In this document: piece after piece, positions 8,573 through 16,567 of the stretch
Layout: every line of letters starts with the position of its first letter
Position numbering within the stretch: position 1 is the first letter of the stretch
Source of the DNA: an uncultured delta proteobacterium
GTDB lineage: Bacteria; Desulfobacterota; Binatia; Binatales; Binataceae
Assembly (NCBI GenBank): GCA_963801665.1
Contig: CAWDFL010000003.1
Location: forward strand, 1,757,748-1,821,747
Length of the DNA: 64,000 bases
Reading direction: 5' to 3'
The notes under the pieces: model-generated
Seen by the model: the letters and a program-made list of their open reading frames with translations, nothing else
Database searches by the model: none
Told to the model about the DNA's origin: nothing
Translations under genes and position numbers: made by a program

Positions 8573-9788
8573 GATGCGCGATCACGCTGGTCAGAAGAAA
8601 CGCGCCACCGAACAGCGCCGCGAGCGCAAGCAGATAAAATCGCGATCCGCGGTTGCGCCGCCTGCCGCGCCGATACTCTCCCGGCATCGGAGCTGGACCG
8701 GGAAAATCGCCAAGGTCGATCGTCCGCGCCTGTGCGGACTCGCGCTCGGCTGTGGGATCTTGATTCAACGGCGCGGCGCAGAACGAGCAGTAGCGCGAGT
8801 CCCCGGGAATCTGCCGGTCGCATCGCGGACACTCAATCGTCGCGAGGTCGGAAAGCACAGTCGGCGCCGAAGGCGACGCTGGCGTGCCCGAGCGTCCAAG
8901 CGGCAGCCGCATCTGCGGGCGCGATTGATTCGTGGCCGGCGCTGGAGCCGGCTGCGGCGCGGTAGCCGCGCGAGGCTCAATCGGCGCTCCGGATTTGATC
9001 GCGATGAGCCGCGTCTTGAATTCGCCGACATCCTGCGGGCGCAAGGCGACGTCGTAATTGAGCGTCTGATCAACCAGGTCGGCCAGCGCGGGATTAACTC
9101 CCGGCGCAGCGCTGCGCAACGGCGGAAAGCTGAACGGAGGCTCCGCGGCAGGATCGCGCCCGGAGATCGCATGATGCATCGTCGCCGCGAGCGCGTAGAG
9201 GTCGGAGCGGAACTCGACTCGCCCGCGATACTGTTCCGGCGGCGCGTAGCCCTGCGTCCCGATCATCGTCGCGTTCTGCATCGGCAGGAAGTGCCGCGCG
9301 ATTCCGAAGTCGATCAGCTTGACCTGTCCATTCGCCGTCAGCATCACGTTCGACGGCTTCAGATCACGGTAGATCACCGGCGGCGAGAGACTGTGCAGGT
9401 AGGCCAGCGTGTCGCAGATCTGAAGCGCGATATCGATCACCTCGCTCTCGGGCAGCTTGCCATCCGCGTCGCGCAACCGGTCCTCAAGGGTCTGGCCCTC
9501 GATATATTCCATCACCAGGTAGTGGCGATTCTGTTCGCTGAAGCGATCGAACACGCGCGGGATATGCTCATTGCTGAGCGTCGCGAGCATGTCGGCCTCG
9601 CGCTGGAACGCGGCGACGGCATCCTGCTGCTTTTCGGGGCTGGTGAAGGTATCGACCATCTCGGCCAGAGCGCACGGGCGTGAGGCGAGGCGCAAATCCT
9701 CCGCCAGGTAGACCATCTTCATTCCGCCGCCGCCGAGCGGACGGATCGCGCGGTAGCGTCCGCCAACGATGGTGTTAGCCGCGATCAT
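8439..9788 (-). CDS. Hanks-type Ser/Thr protein kinase with zinc-ribbon and C-terminal transmembrane segment
   Basis: Kinase motifs GGGGMKMV, VIYRDLKPSNVML, DFGIA, GTQGYAPPE; zinc ribbon CPRCDRQIPGDSRYCSFCAAP; TM FYLLALAALFGGAFLLTSVIAHL; ATG at 9788 is 1 nt after the upstream gene stop. Confidence 0.85.
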   Translation of the reverse strand: MIAANTIVGGRYRAIRPLGGGGMKMVYLAEDLRLASRPCALAEMVDTFTSPEKQQDAVAAFQREADMLATLSNEHIPRVFDRFSEQNRHYLVMEYIEGQTLEDRLRDADGKLPESEVIDIALQICDTLAYLHSLSPPVIYRDLKPSNVMLTANGQVKLIDFGIARHFLPMQNATMIGTQGYAPPEQYRGRVEFRSDLYALAATMHHAISGRDPAAEPPFSFPPLRSAAPGVNPALADLVDQTLNYDVALRPQDVGEFKTRLIAIKSGAPIEPRAATAPQPAPAPATNQSRPQMRLPLGRSGTPASPSAPTVLSDLATIECPRCDRQIPGDSRYCSFCAAPLNQDPTAERESAQARTIDLGDFPGPAPMPGEYRRGRRRNRGSRFYLLALAALFGGAFLLTSVIAHLAVPPAEPPGAGRESDADPDAGSRRRRDARAIAIAQARARRGGL

Positions 9789-9789
9789 C

Positions 9790-10284
9790 TCAGTAGCGCC
9801 ATGTGTCCGAAGGCACCGCAGTGCCGTGGATGCCGCGTCCGCGCCGCCGCGGGCGCGGGCCTGCGATTCGCTCATCGCGCAGCGAGCCCTGCAGGGCAGC
9901 ATTCAACGCGCAAATAAAGTGGAGGATCGGGCCGAGCGGTCCCAGCGCATACGCCAGCATCACGGCGCAGAACCAGACCACGCCGCGCATCACGCGTCCT
10001 TTGTAAATCTGCCCGAGCCCCGGAATCACGCTCAGGACGAAGGCGACGATCGGGTTGAAGCCCGGCTCGCCAGCGAAGGTCTGCGTTCCCGCGACAGGCG
10101 CGCCGCAATCCTTGCAAAACCTCGCCTTGGCAACGACGATCGGCTGGCCGCATCGCGAGCAGAAACGTGGCTGGTCGAATTGCGAATCAGGCACGGAAGG
10201 TAAACGGCGCCTGCCCGAGCCGGAACGAATCGCCGTCGGTGAGAGGCGCCTGCGTGATTCGCCGGTCTGCGACAAAAGTTCCAT
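9790..10284 (-). CDS. Double-zinc-ribbon small membrane protein (start uncertain; GTG at 10194 overlaps the FHA gene stop in a GTGccTGA arrangement)
   Basis: FCSRCGQPIVVAKARFCKDCGAP followed by two TM helices with a PGLGQIYKG motif; stop abuts the kinase start. Confidence 0.55.
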   Translation of the reverse strand: MELLSQTGESRRRLSPTAIRSGSGRRRLPSVPDSQFDQPRFCSRCGQPIVVAKARFCKDCGAPVAGTQTFAGEPGFNPIVAFVLSVIPGLGQIYKGRVMRGVVWFCAVMLAYALGPLGPILHFICALNAALQGSLRDERIAGPRPRRRGRGIHGTAVPSDTWRY

Positions 10285-11464
10285 TCTGGCTGTTTAGATC
10301 TCTAAGTTCGAATCCGCCGCCGGAGCTCACGATACTCGCGTGATGGCGTGAGACCGACGAATGATTCACCACGATGTCGTTGTCCAGCGCGCGGCCAAGG
10401 CTGGTCGCTCCGCTGGCGCGCACGGAATGGCGCTGGCCGGTAGAATCCTCGAGCGCAGGGCCGTTCATCTGCGGACCCGGCGCGGCGACGCGCGACTCGA
10501 TGTGAACCGCCGCCGCGGTTTGCGCTGGAGACACGGAGGCGGCCGAGCCTTGCCGCAGGTGAAACATCAGCTCGTACCCACCGACGCGGATCTTATCGCC
10601 GTCGTGCAGATCCGTGCTCTCGACCCGCTGTCCGTTGACGAACGTCCCGTCCTGGATCGCAAGCCCCTTGAGGACGAAATCCTGGCCGTGCCGTTCAATC
10701 ACAGCGTGGCGCTGTTGCACCGCCGGATCGCCGAACAGCCCGATCGGATTTTCTTCGGCGCGGCCGATGGTGGCGCGCGAGCCCTCGACCCTGAACTGAC
10801 GTCCGCGCAGCCGTCCCTGCTCCACGGTCAGCCACGCGACCTTGGTCAGCTCCTGCACCAGTCCAATAAACAAGCCAATGAAAAATCCGATGAGGCTAAG
10901 CCCGATGAGCCTCGACCACAGTCCTCCGCCGGTGATCTCGTTTATCGGATCGAACAATATCCCGCCGGCGAATCCGCCGATGAATCCGCCGATCGCGCCC
11001 TTGGCGATATTCGGCATCGAGAGCGACGCGAGGCCGACGCCCGCGCCGAGAATCGTGGCCATGATCACCCAGCTCAGCACGCGCCCGAGGAACAGGAAGA
11101 AGCTCGACCCCGGATGCCCGAGGCCCCATCCGCCGAAACTCAAGAGCGCGCTGAAAATATAATTCGAAAAATAATCGGCGGGCAGCGCGAGCAACAGGCA
11201 GACCACGAATCCGCGGATGAGGTTGTTGCGCGTCGTGGGATTCCATTCGATCTCCTGGCTGCCGACCGCAAGGATGAATCCGCCGATCACTCCCGAAAGG
11301 ATCGCCATCGCGACGTAAGACATCGCCGCGTCGAAGCTCGAGATCTGTTCGGTCAGGCTATGCCCGTGGCTCGCGAGCTCGACCGGAAGCCATCCGAGCG
11401 CACCGCCCAAGAGGCCCGCGAGCGCCTTGTTGAAGAGGTCGCGACGATTTATGGAGCTGTTCAT
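10187..11464 (-). CDS. Polytopic membrane protein with two C-terminal FHA domains
   Basis: About 6 predicted TM helices in the N-terminal 220 aa; two FHA-like modules (GRAEENPIGL...VNGQRV and GRALDNDIVV...VSRHHASI...NGTFV). Confidence 0.8.
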   Translation of the reverse strand: MNSSINRRDLFNKALAGLLGGALGWLPVELASHGHSLTEQISSFDAAMSYVAMAILSGVIGGFILAVGSQEIEWNPTTRNNLIRGFVVCLLLALPADYFSNYIFSALLSFGGWGLGHPGSSFFLFLGRVLSWVIMATILGAGVGLASLSMPNIAKGAIGGFIGGFAGGILFDPINEITGGGLWSRLIGLSLIGFFIGLFIGLVQELTKVAWLTVEQGRLRGRQFRVEGSRATIGRAEENPIGLFGDPAVQQRHAVIERHGQDFVLKGLAIQDGTFVNGQRVESTDLHDGDKIRVGGYELMFHLRQGSAASVSPAQTAAAVHIESRVAAPGPQMNGPALEDSTGQRHSVRASGATSLGRALDNDIVVNHSSVSRHHASIVSSGGGFELRDLNSQNGTFVADRRITQAPLTDGDSFRLGQAPFTFRA

Positions 11465-11674
11465 TCCAAGCCGATCCTTGCGTTGGCAACTCCCGCAATT
11501 GTCATAAAACCAGCAGGTCCAACATATGCTCTATCGGCAATTATAATAACCCGCCGGACCGACGCGTAAAATCCGTGCCTGCTGCCCGTGCAGCCTTCGC
11601 CCTGCGCCAGTTGCAGGCAAGCGCCCGCGCGCGGCATCATCACGACGGACGCATCGCACGTTATCGGAGTATCA

Positions 11675-12916
11675 ATGGCAGAGAAGACGCTTGTCCCGGA
11701 AGCATTTGGACCTTTGCAGGGTGTGAAAATCGTTTCGACCGGTACGCTGATCGCGCAACCGTTCGCGGCTGAGCTCGCGGCCGAGATGGGCGCCGAAGTG
11801 ATTCAGATCGAGCGCCCGGGCGTCGGCGATACTGGATGGCGCAATATCGGAATCAGGCTCGCGACGCGCGATGGCACTCCGCCGGTCGCGAGCTCCTGGG
11901 TGCAGGAGCGTCGCAACGTTTTCTGCATCACGCTCGATCTCTCCAAGCCGCGCGGGCGTGAAGTCTTTCTCAAACTCGCGGCGCGCGCCGATATCTGGAT
12001 GGAAAGTTCGAAGCCCGGCACCTATCCGAAGTGGAACCTCGATGACGCGGCCGTTTGGAAGCTCAATCCGAAACTGGTCATCACACACGTGAGCGGCTTC
12101 GGCCAGACGGGCGAGCCTGATTACGTCACGCGCGCATCCTACGACATCGTGGGACAGGCGGTGGCCGGCATGATGTACCAGACCGGATATCCCGATCCCA
12201 CGCCGCCGACGCGCGCGGCGCCGTGGACCGGCGACTATATCACCGCGCTGTTCACGCTATGGTCGTCGCTGGCGGGGCTTACCTATGCGCGCTCAACCGG
12301 CAAGGGCCAGGCGATCGACGTCGCGCAGTACGAGGCGATACACAAGACGATGGGCGGCACGATGCTCGAGTATTTTCAGCAAGGCGTGGTGCGCGAGCGC
12401 TCGGGTAATCGCGCGCAGGGCTTTCAGCCGCTCGATAGCTTCCAGGCGAGCGACGGATGGGTCGTGCTGGGCGCACTCGGCGAAGTTTACGATCGCCTCG
12501 TTAGGGTGATCGGCCTGGATCCGGCGGATCCAAAATGGCAAAGCGCGCGCGTGAATCTCGAATCGATCGAAGGGATCGAATTCGACGCGATCCTGCGCGG
12601 ATGGGTCAGCGAGCGCACGGTCGCTCAGGTGGTTCACGCGATGGCGGAAGGCAAGGTTCCGTGCTCGCAGATCATGTCGAGCAAGGACGCCGCCGAAGAC
12701 CCGCAGTATCGCGCGCGCGAGATGCACATCGAGTGGGAAGATCCGCACGTCGGCAAGGTCAAGGGCATCGGCGTCGCGCCAAAGTTCTCGCTAACTCCCG
12801 GAAAAATTGTGCGCGGCTCCGTCGGCATCAGTGCCGACAACGCGCGCATTTATGGCGACCTTCTCGGGATGGCGCCGAGCGAGATAGAAGCACTGAAGCG
12901 CGACAAGGTGATCTGA
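11675..12916 (+). CDS. CoA transferase family III (CaiB/BaiF-like)
   Basis: MAEKTL..GVKIVSTGTLIAQPFAAELAAEMGAEVIQIERPGVGD typical family-III N-terminus; full length about 410 aa. Confidence 0.85.
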   Translation: MAEKTLVPEAFGPLQGVKIVSTGTLIAQPFAAELAAEMGAEVIQIERPGVGDTGWRNIGIRLATRDGTPPVASSWVQERRNVFCITLDLSKPRGREVFLKLAARADIWMESSKPGTYPKWNLDDAAVWKLNPKLVITHVSGFGQTGEPDYVTRASYDIVGQAVAGMMYQTGYPDPTPPTRAAPWTGDYITALFTLWSSLAGLTYARSTGKGQAIDVAQYEAIHKTMGGTMLEYFQQGVVRERSGNRAQGFQPLDSFQASDGWVVLGALGEVYDRLVRVIGLDPADPKWQSARVNLESIEGIEFDAILRGWVSERTVAQVVHAMAEGKVPCSQIMSSKDAAEDPQYRAREMHIEWEDPHVGKVKGIGVAPKFSLTPGKIVRGSVGISADNARIYGDLLGMAPSEIEALKRDKVI

Positions 12917-12936
12917 CCTCGCCACAAAAAGTCGCA

Positions 12937-13115
12937 GAGCAGCACCCTCACCCACGCGTCACGGCGATTGCTGAAAGGAGCAATCGCCGCGCCGCGTCGC
13001 CCTCTCCCGGAGGGAGAGGGTATTTCCCGATCGCGACGCGAGACATAGTGTCCGTACTGATTCCCTCTCCCTCCGGGAGAGGGTGGCGCGAAGCGGCGGG
13101 TGAGGGTGCGGCTCT
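12937..13115. repeat. Nested palindromic intergenic structure between convergent genes (probable bidirectional terminator / REP cluster)
   Basis: outer arms cagagcagcaccctcaccc / gggtgagggtgcggctctg; inner hairpins ggcgattgct-gaaagg-agcaatcgcc and two copies of ccctctccc-gga-gggagaggg. Confidence 0.55.
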
Positions 13116-13149
13116 GCTGCTGCTCGCGAACGCGTACCGCAGCGCCGCG

Positions 13150-13977
13150 CTAGTGCGCCACCTTGCCCATGAAGGTCTGGACCGCGCGTCGGAACTCGCC
13201 TTCGTCGGTGTAGCGGCCGAGATCGAGGATGAAGTAGCTCGCGCCGGCCTCGCGTTCGGCGTCGAGCTTTGCTCGTGCGGCGGCGATATCGTCGAGTTTC
13301 ATGCCCCGGCGCACGATTATCTCCGGCTCGGGGCGTCCGGCGGCGCGCATCTTCGATCGCAAATCTTCAACCAACGGTTTAAGTTCCGCCGCGCGCTGCA
13401 TCGGATGCCATCCGTCGCCGAATTCGAGCACCCGCTTGATCGCATTCGCGCCTCCGCCGCCGATCCAGATCGGCGGACGGGCGGGGCGTGGCTCGAAGAC
13501 GAACGCCGGAAACTTCACCAGCTCTCCGCGAAACGGCGCGGGCTCAGAGCCGTCGAACAGATGCCGCAGCACGCGCAGCGTCTCGGTCGTGAGCACGCCG
13601 CGCTTTTTCATGTCGACACCCAGCGCCTCGAACTCGGGCTTCATCCATCCGACGCCGACGCCGAGGATCATCCGTCCGCCCGACAGCTCCTGGATCGTCG
13701 CGATCTGCTTGGCGGTCAGCACCGCCGGCCGGTACGGAAGCACCAGCACCGACACTCCGAGCCGGATGCGCTCAGTCGATCCGGCAAGAAACGCGAGCGT
13801 CGCCAGCACGTCAAGATAGCGTCCTCCAGAGCCTTCGGTTTGATCGGGCGGGATGCATAGATGGTCCGAGACGAAGAGCCCATCAAAGCCCGCTTGTTCG
13901 GCGGCTTTGGCGCAAGCCAAAATCGTCGCACGCGTAGATTGCGGTCCCATGTTGCGAATCGCGATTCCGTATTTCAT
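13150..13977 (-). CDS. LLM-class (luciferase-like) flavin/F420-dependent oxidoreductase
   Basis: MKYGIAIRN N-terminus typical of the LLM fold, TIM-barrel family conservation. Confidence 0.8.
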   Translation of the reverse strand: MKYGIAIRNMGPQSTRATILACAKAAEQAGFDGLFVSDHLCIPPDQTEGSGGRYLDVLATLAFLAGSTERIRLGVSVLVLPYRPAVLTAKQIATIQELSGGRMILGVGVGWMKPEFEALGVDMKKRGVLTTETLRVLRHLFDGSEPAPFRGELVKFPAFVFEPRPARPPIWIGGGGANAIKRVLEFGDGWHPMQRAAELKPLVEDLRSKMRAAGRPEPEIIVRRGMKLDDIAAARAKLDAEREAGASYFILDLGRYTDEGEFRRAVQTFMGKVAH

Positions 13978-14680
13978 TTGCCACCTCGCCGCGAACAGAT
14001 TCGCGTCCATCGCAAGACTGGCAAGCATCGCGAGGGCGCGTCAAACTGCATCACGCGGGAGGACGATCGTTTGGGGAGACCATCGACGAAGGAGCGCAGA
14101 CCCTACAACAGCGAGGCGATCGCGGAACGTCGCGGTGCGGGTGTTTCTGGAGCGCGGCTACGACGGCGCGTCGCTCGACGACGTGGCGCGTGCGGCGGGA
14201 ATCACCAAGGCCAGCATTTACTACCACGTCCGCAGCAAAGAGGATTTGCTCGCGCGCGGCGTTGGGCGCGCTTTCGACGCGCTGGGCGCCGCGATGCGCG
14301 AGCCGGGCGCGAAGCAGGGCAGCGCGGAGGCGCGCCTTCGGTATATCGTGCGGCGCACGATCGAGATCACGGTTGTGATGCGGCCCGAGGTCGCGCTGCT
14401 CTTGCGTGTGCGCGGCAACACTCGCGTCGAGAAGGCTATCGTCGAGCGCCGCCGCGCGTTCGATCACCTGGTGGCGCGCCATTTCGCGCGCGCGCAGCGC
14501 GCGGGCGAGTTCCGCCGCGATATCGATCCGCGGCTCGCTACGCGGCTTCTGTTCGGGATGCTCAATTCGATCACGGAATGGTACCGGCCAGGGGGCGAGC
14601 TGGGCGCGGAGGATATCGTGCAGGCGGTGTTCCGGCTCGCGTTCGAGGGTCTCAAAAGCAAGCGCTCGCGCGCCACTTGA
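13949..14680 (+). CDS. TetR/AcrR family transcriptional regulator (start uncertain)
   Basis: HTH VRVFLERGYDGASLDDVARAAGITKASIYYHVRSKEDLL; the only in-frame ATG (13949) overlaps the divergent LLM start by 29 bp, so the true start may be a later non-ATG codon. Confidence 0.7.
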   Translation: MLRIAIPYFICHLAANRFASIARLASIARARQTASRGRTIVWGDHRRRSADPTTARRSRNVAVRVFLERGYDGASLDDVARAAGITKASIYYHVRSKEDLLARGVGRAFDALGAAMREPGAKQGSAEARLRYIVRRTIEITVVMRPEVALLLRVRGNTRVEKAIVERRRAFDHLVARHFARAQRAGEFRRDIDPRLATRLLFGMLNSITEWYRPGGELGAEDIVQAVFRLAFEGLKSKRSRAT

Positions 14681-14727
14681 TTTATCTACCGAATGGTTGA
14701 TAAGCCTTGAGTAGAGGCAAGAGCGCG

Positions 14728-15750
14728 ATGAGCGAATTCATTATACCGCCCGGCGGACTGATTCCGGCGGCGGAAGTCCCGCAGCCGAATATTTTCCCGA
14801 TGGAATGGCGCTGCGAGACGCCCAAGCTGCGCGAAATCTACGAGCGCGCCAAGGTCGAGGGATTCAACCCCGCCGATATCGCGTGGGATGAGCTCTCGCC
14901 CGAAGCGTGGAGCGACGACGAGAAAGTCGCGATCATGTACTGGTGGGCGCTGCTCTCGAACTTCGATTCGTCGGGGCCGGCGGTGTTCGCGCGCGCGATG
15001 ATCCGCGCGTTCGAGACTCACGAGGAAGATCCGATCCGCAAGTGCTTCTTCTCGATCACGCGCGACGAGACTAATCACGAGGAATGCTGCCAGCGCGTGA
15101 TTCAGCGGCTGGTTCCCGGCGGACCGCAGAGCTTCGCGCCGGCGAGCGAGCTGGAGCGCGTCGCGCTCAACAATATCGGATGGCTCTATCACAACGGCGG
15201 TCGCTACTGGACCGGCTACAATCGCGCGATCGAGAAATATCCGCTCGCGATCATCTTCACCTCGTTCATGATGGGCGAGGTCGCGTCCTCGACGCTGTTC
15301 CACGGGATGTCGCGCGCGACTACGCATCCGGTGTTCCGCGAGATCTTCACCTGCATCGGCCGCGACGAGGCGCGCCATCTGCAAATTTGCATCAACCTGC
15401 TCGAGAAGCAGTGGCCGGGCCTGACCGACGCGGATCGCGGATTTGTCACCAAGCAACTGCGCGCGGGATTCGTGTTCCTCTCGATGGTGCTGTGGGAGCC
15501 GCCGAATCAGTTCTGGGACCTGCCGGAATATTTTCTGCACAACCATCGGATCCTGCTGCGCGTCGCGCGCGAGGCCGGCCTCGGCATCCTGACCTACGAG
15601 CAGCAGGCCGATAACTGGAAGCTCGCGATCGCGCGGGTGCGCAAGCTGGTCGAGCGATGGGGCATCGCGTTTCCCGCGATTCCGGAGCTGGACATCGAGG
15701 GCGTCGACGTCGGCGACATTACGGCGGAAGATATTATTCCGGTTTTTTGA
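14728..15750 (+). CDS. Ferritin-like diiron-carboxylate protein, putative oxygenase (PaaA/BoxB/AurF-like)
   Basis: Two E-x-x-H motifs on predicted helices (RDETNHEE, RDEARHLQ) plus additional conserved Glu (FETHEED, GEVASS); lies between tetR and a crotonase. Confidence 0.55.
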   Translation: MSEFIIPPGGLIPAAEVPQPNIFPMEWRCETPKLREIYERAKVEGFNPADIAWDELSPEAWSDDEKVAIMYWWALLSNFDSSGPAVFARAMIRAFETHEEDPIRKCFFSITRDETNHEECCQRVIQRLVPGGPQSFAPASELERVALNNIGWLYHNGGRYWTGYNRAIEKYPLAIIFTSFMMGEVASSTLFHGMSRATTHPVFREIFTCIGRDEARHLQICINLLEKQWPGLTDADRGFVTKQLRAGFVFLSMVLWEPPNQFWDLPEYFLHNHRILLRVAREAGLGILTYEQQADNWKLAIARVRKLVERWGIAFPAIPELDIEGVDVGDITAEDIIPVF

Positions 15751-15786
15751 TCGCCGGGAATTTTCCGCATCGCAGGAGGTAGCGCG

Positions 15787-16560
15787 ATGGCTGTAGATCT
15801 TCATATCACCGGCGCGCTGGCCGAGATCGTTCTCAATCGTCCCGACAAGCTCAACGCCGTCAACGACGCGATGGCGGCCGAGCTGGGCGAGGTCTTCGAC
15901 CGCGCCGAGCGCGCGGGAGTGCGCGCGCTGCTCCTGCGCGGCGAAGGGGCGGGTTTCTGCGCCGGGCGCGATCTTGCGGAGGCCCATCCGGGCACCGAAG
16001 ACGGCGAGGAGATTCTCGAACGCGTCGCCAATCCACTCATCAAGCGGCTCGCGCTTTTTCCCGCTCCGACGTTCGCCGCCGTGCATGGCGCCTGCCTGGG
16101 CCTCGGGTTCGGTCTCGCGCTTGGTTGCGACGTAGTTTATATCGCCGACGATGCGAAGATCGGCTCGCCGTTCGCGCGAATCGGCGCGGTGCTCGATTCG
16201 GGCGGACATTCATTTCTCGTCGCGCGGATCGGATCGCATCGCGCGCTTGAATTGATCTACACCGGCCGCCTGCTATCGGGCGCCGAGGCTGCTGCGTGGG
16301 GAATCGTCAACGCGAGCATGCCCAAAGACAAAGTCCTCGAGCACGCGCGCGCGGTCGCGGCACAGGTCGCGACGGGACCGACCGCGGCGTTCATGGAATC
16401 GAAACGGCTCATCCGGCGTATCGATGAAGAAGCGCTCGGCCTGCTCGCGGTCTTGAAGTGCGAGGCGCGAGCGCAGGGAGTTGCGGGGCGCACCGCCGAT
16501 TACAAGGAAGGAATCGGAGCGTTTCAGCAGAAGCGCGCGCCGAAGTTCACCGGCAAGTAG
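15787..16560 (+). CDS. Enoyl-CoA hydratase/isomerase (crotonase) family
   Basis: Crotonase-fold oxyanion segments GEGAGFCAGRDL and AAVHGACLGLGFGLALGCD. Confidence 0.85.
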   Translation: MAVDLHITGALAEIVLNRPDKLNAVNDAMAAELGEVFDRAERAGVRALLLRGEGAGFCAGRDLAEAHPGTEDGEEILERVANPLIKRLALFPAPTFAAVHGACLGLGFGLALGCDVVYIADDAKIGSPFARIGAVLDSGGHSFLVARIGSHRALELIYTGRLLSGAEAAAWGIVNASMPKDKVLEHARAVAAQVATGPTAAFMESKRLIRRIDEEALGLLAVLKCEARAQGVAGRTADYKEGIGAFQQKRAPKFTGK

Positions 16561-16567
16561 AAAACGC

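Noticed and set aside
8574-9683. 369-aa plus-strand ORF
   Set aside because: Antisense to the Ser/Thr kinase; extremely Arg/Ala-rich low-complexity translation typical of GC-rich shadow ORFs
11478-11500. TTGGCA...GCAATTG resembling a sigma54 -24/-12 element
   Set aside because: GG to GC spacing is 9 rather than the required 10-11, and no enhancer-binding protein context
10361-11569. 402-aa plus-strand ORF
   Set aside because: Antisense to the FHA membrane protein gene, whose TM and FHA motifs are clear; Arg-rich with no domain signal
12535-13860. 441-aa plus-strand ORF
   Set aside because: Out-of-frame overlap with the CoA-transferase 3-prime end, then antisense to the LLM gene; runs straight through the palindromic intergenic element
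14686-16209. 507-aa minus-strand ORF
   Set aside because: Antisense to the diiron and crotonase genes, which have clear motifs; Arg-rich
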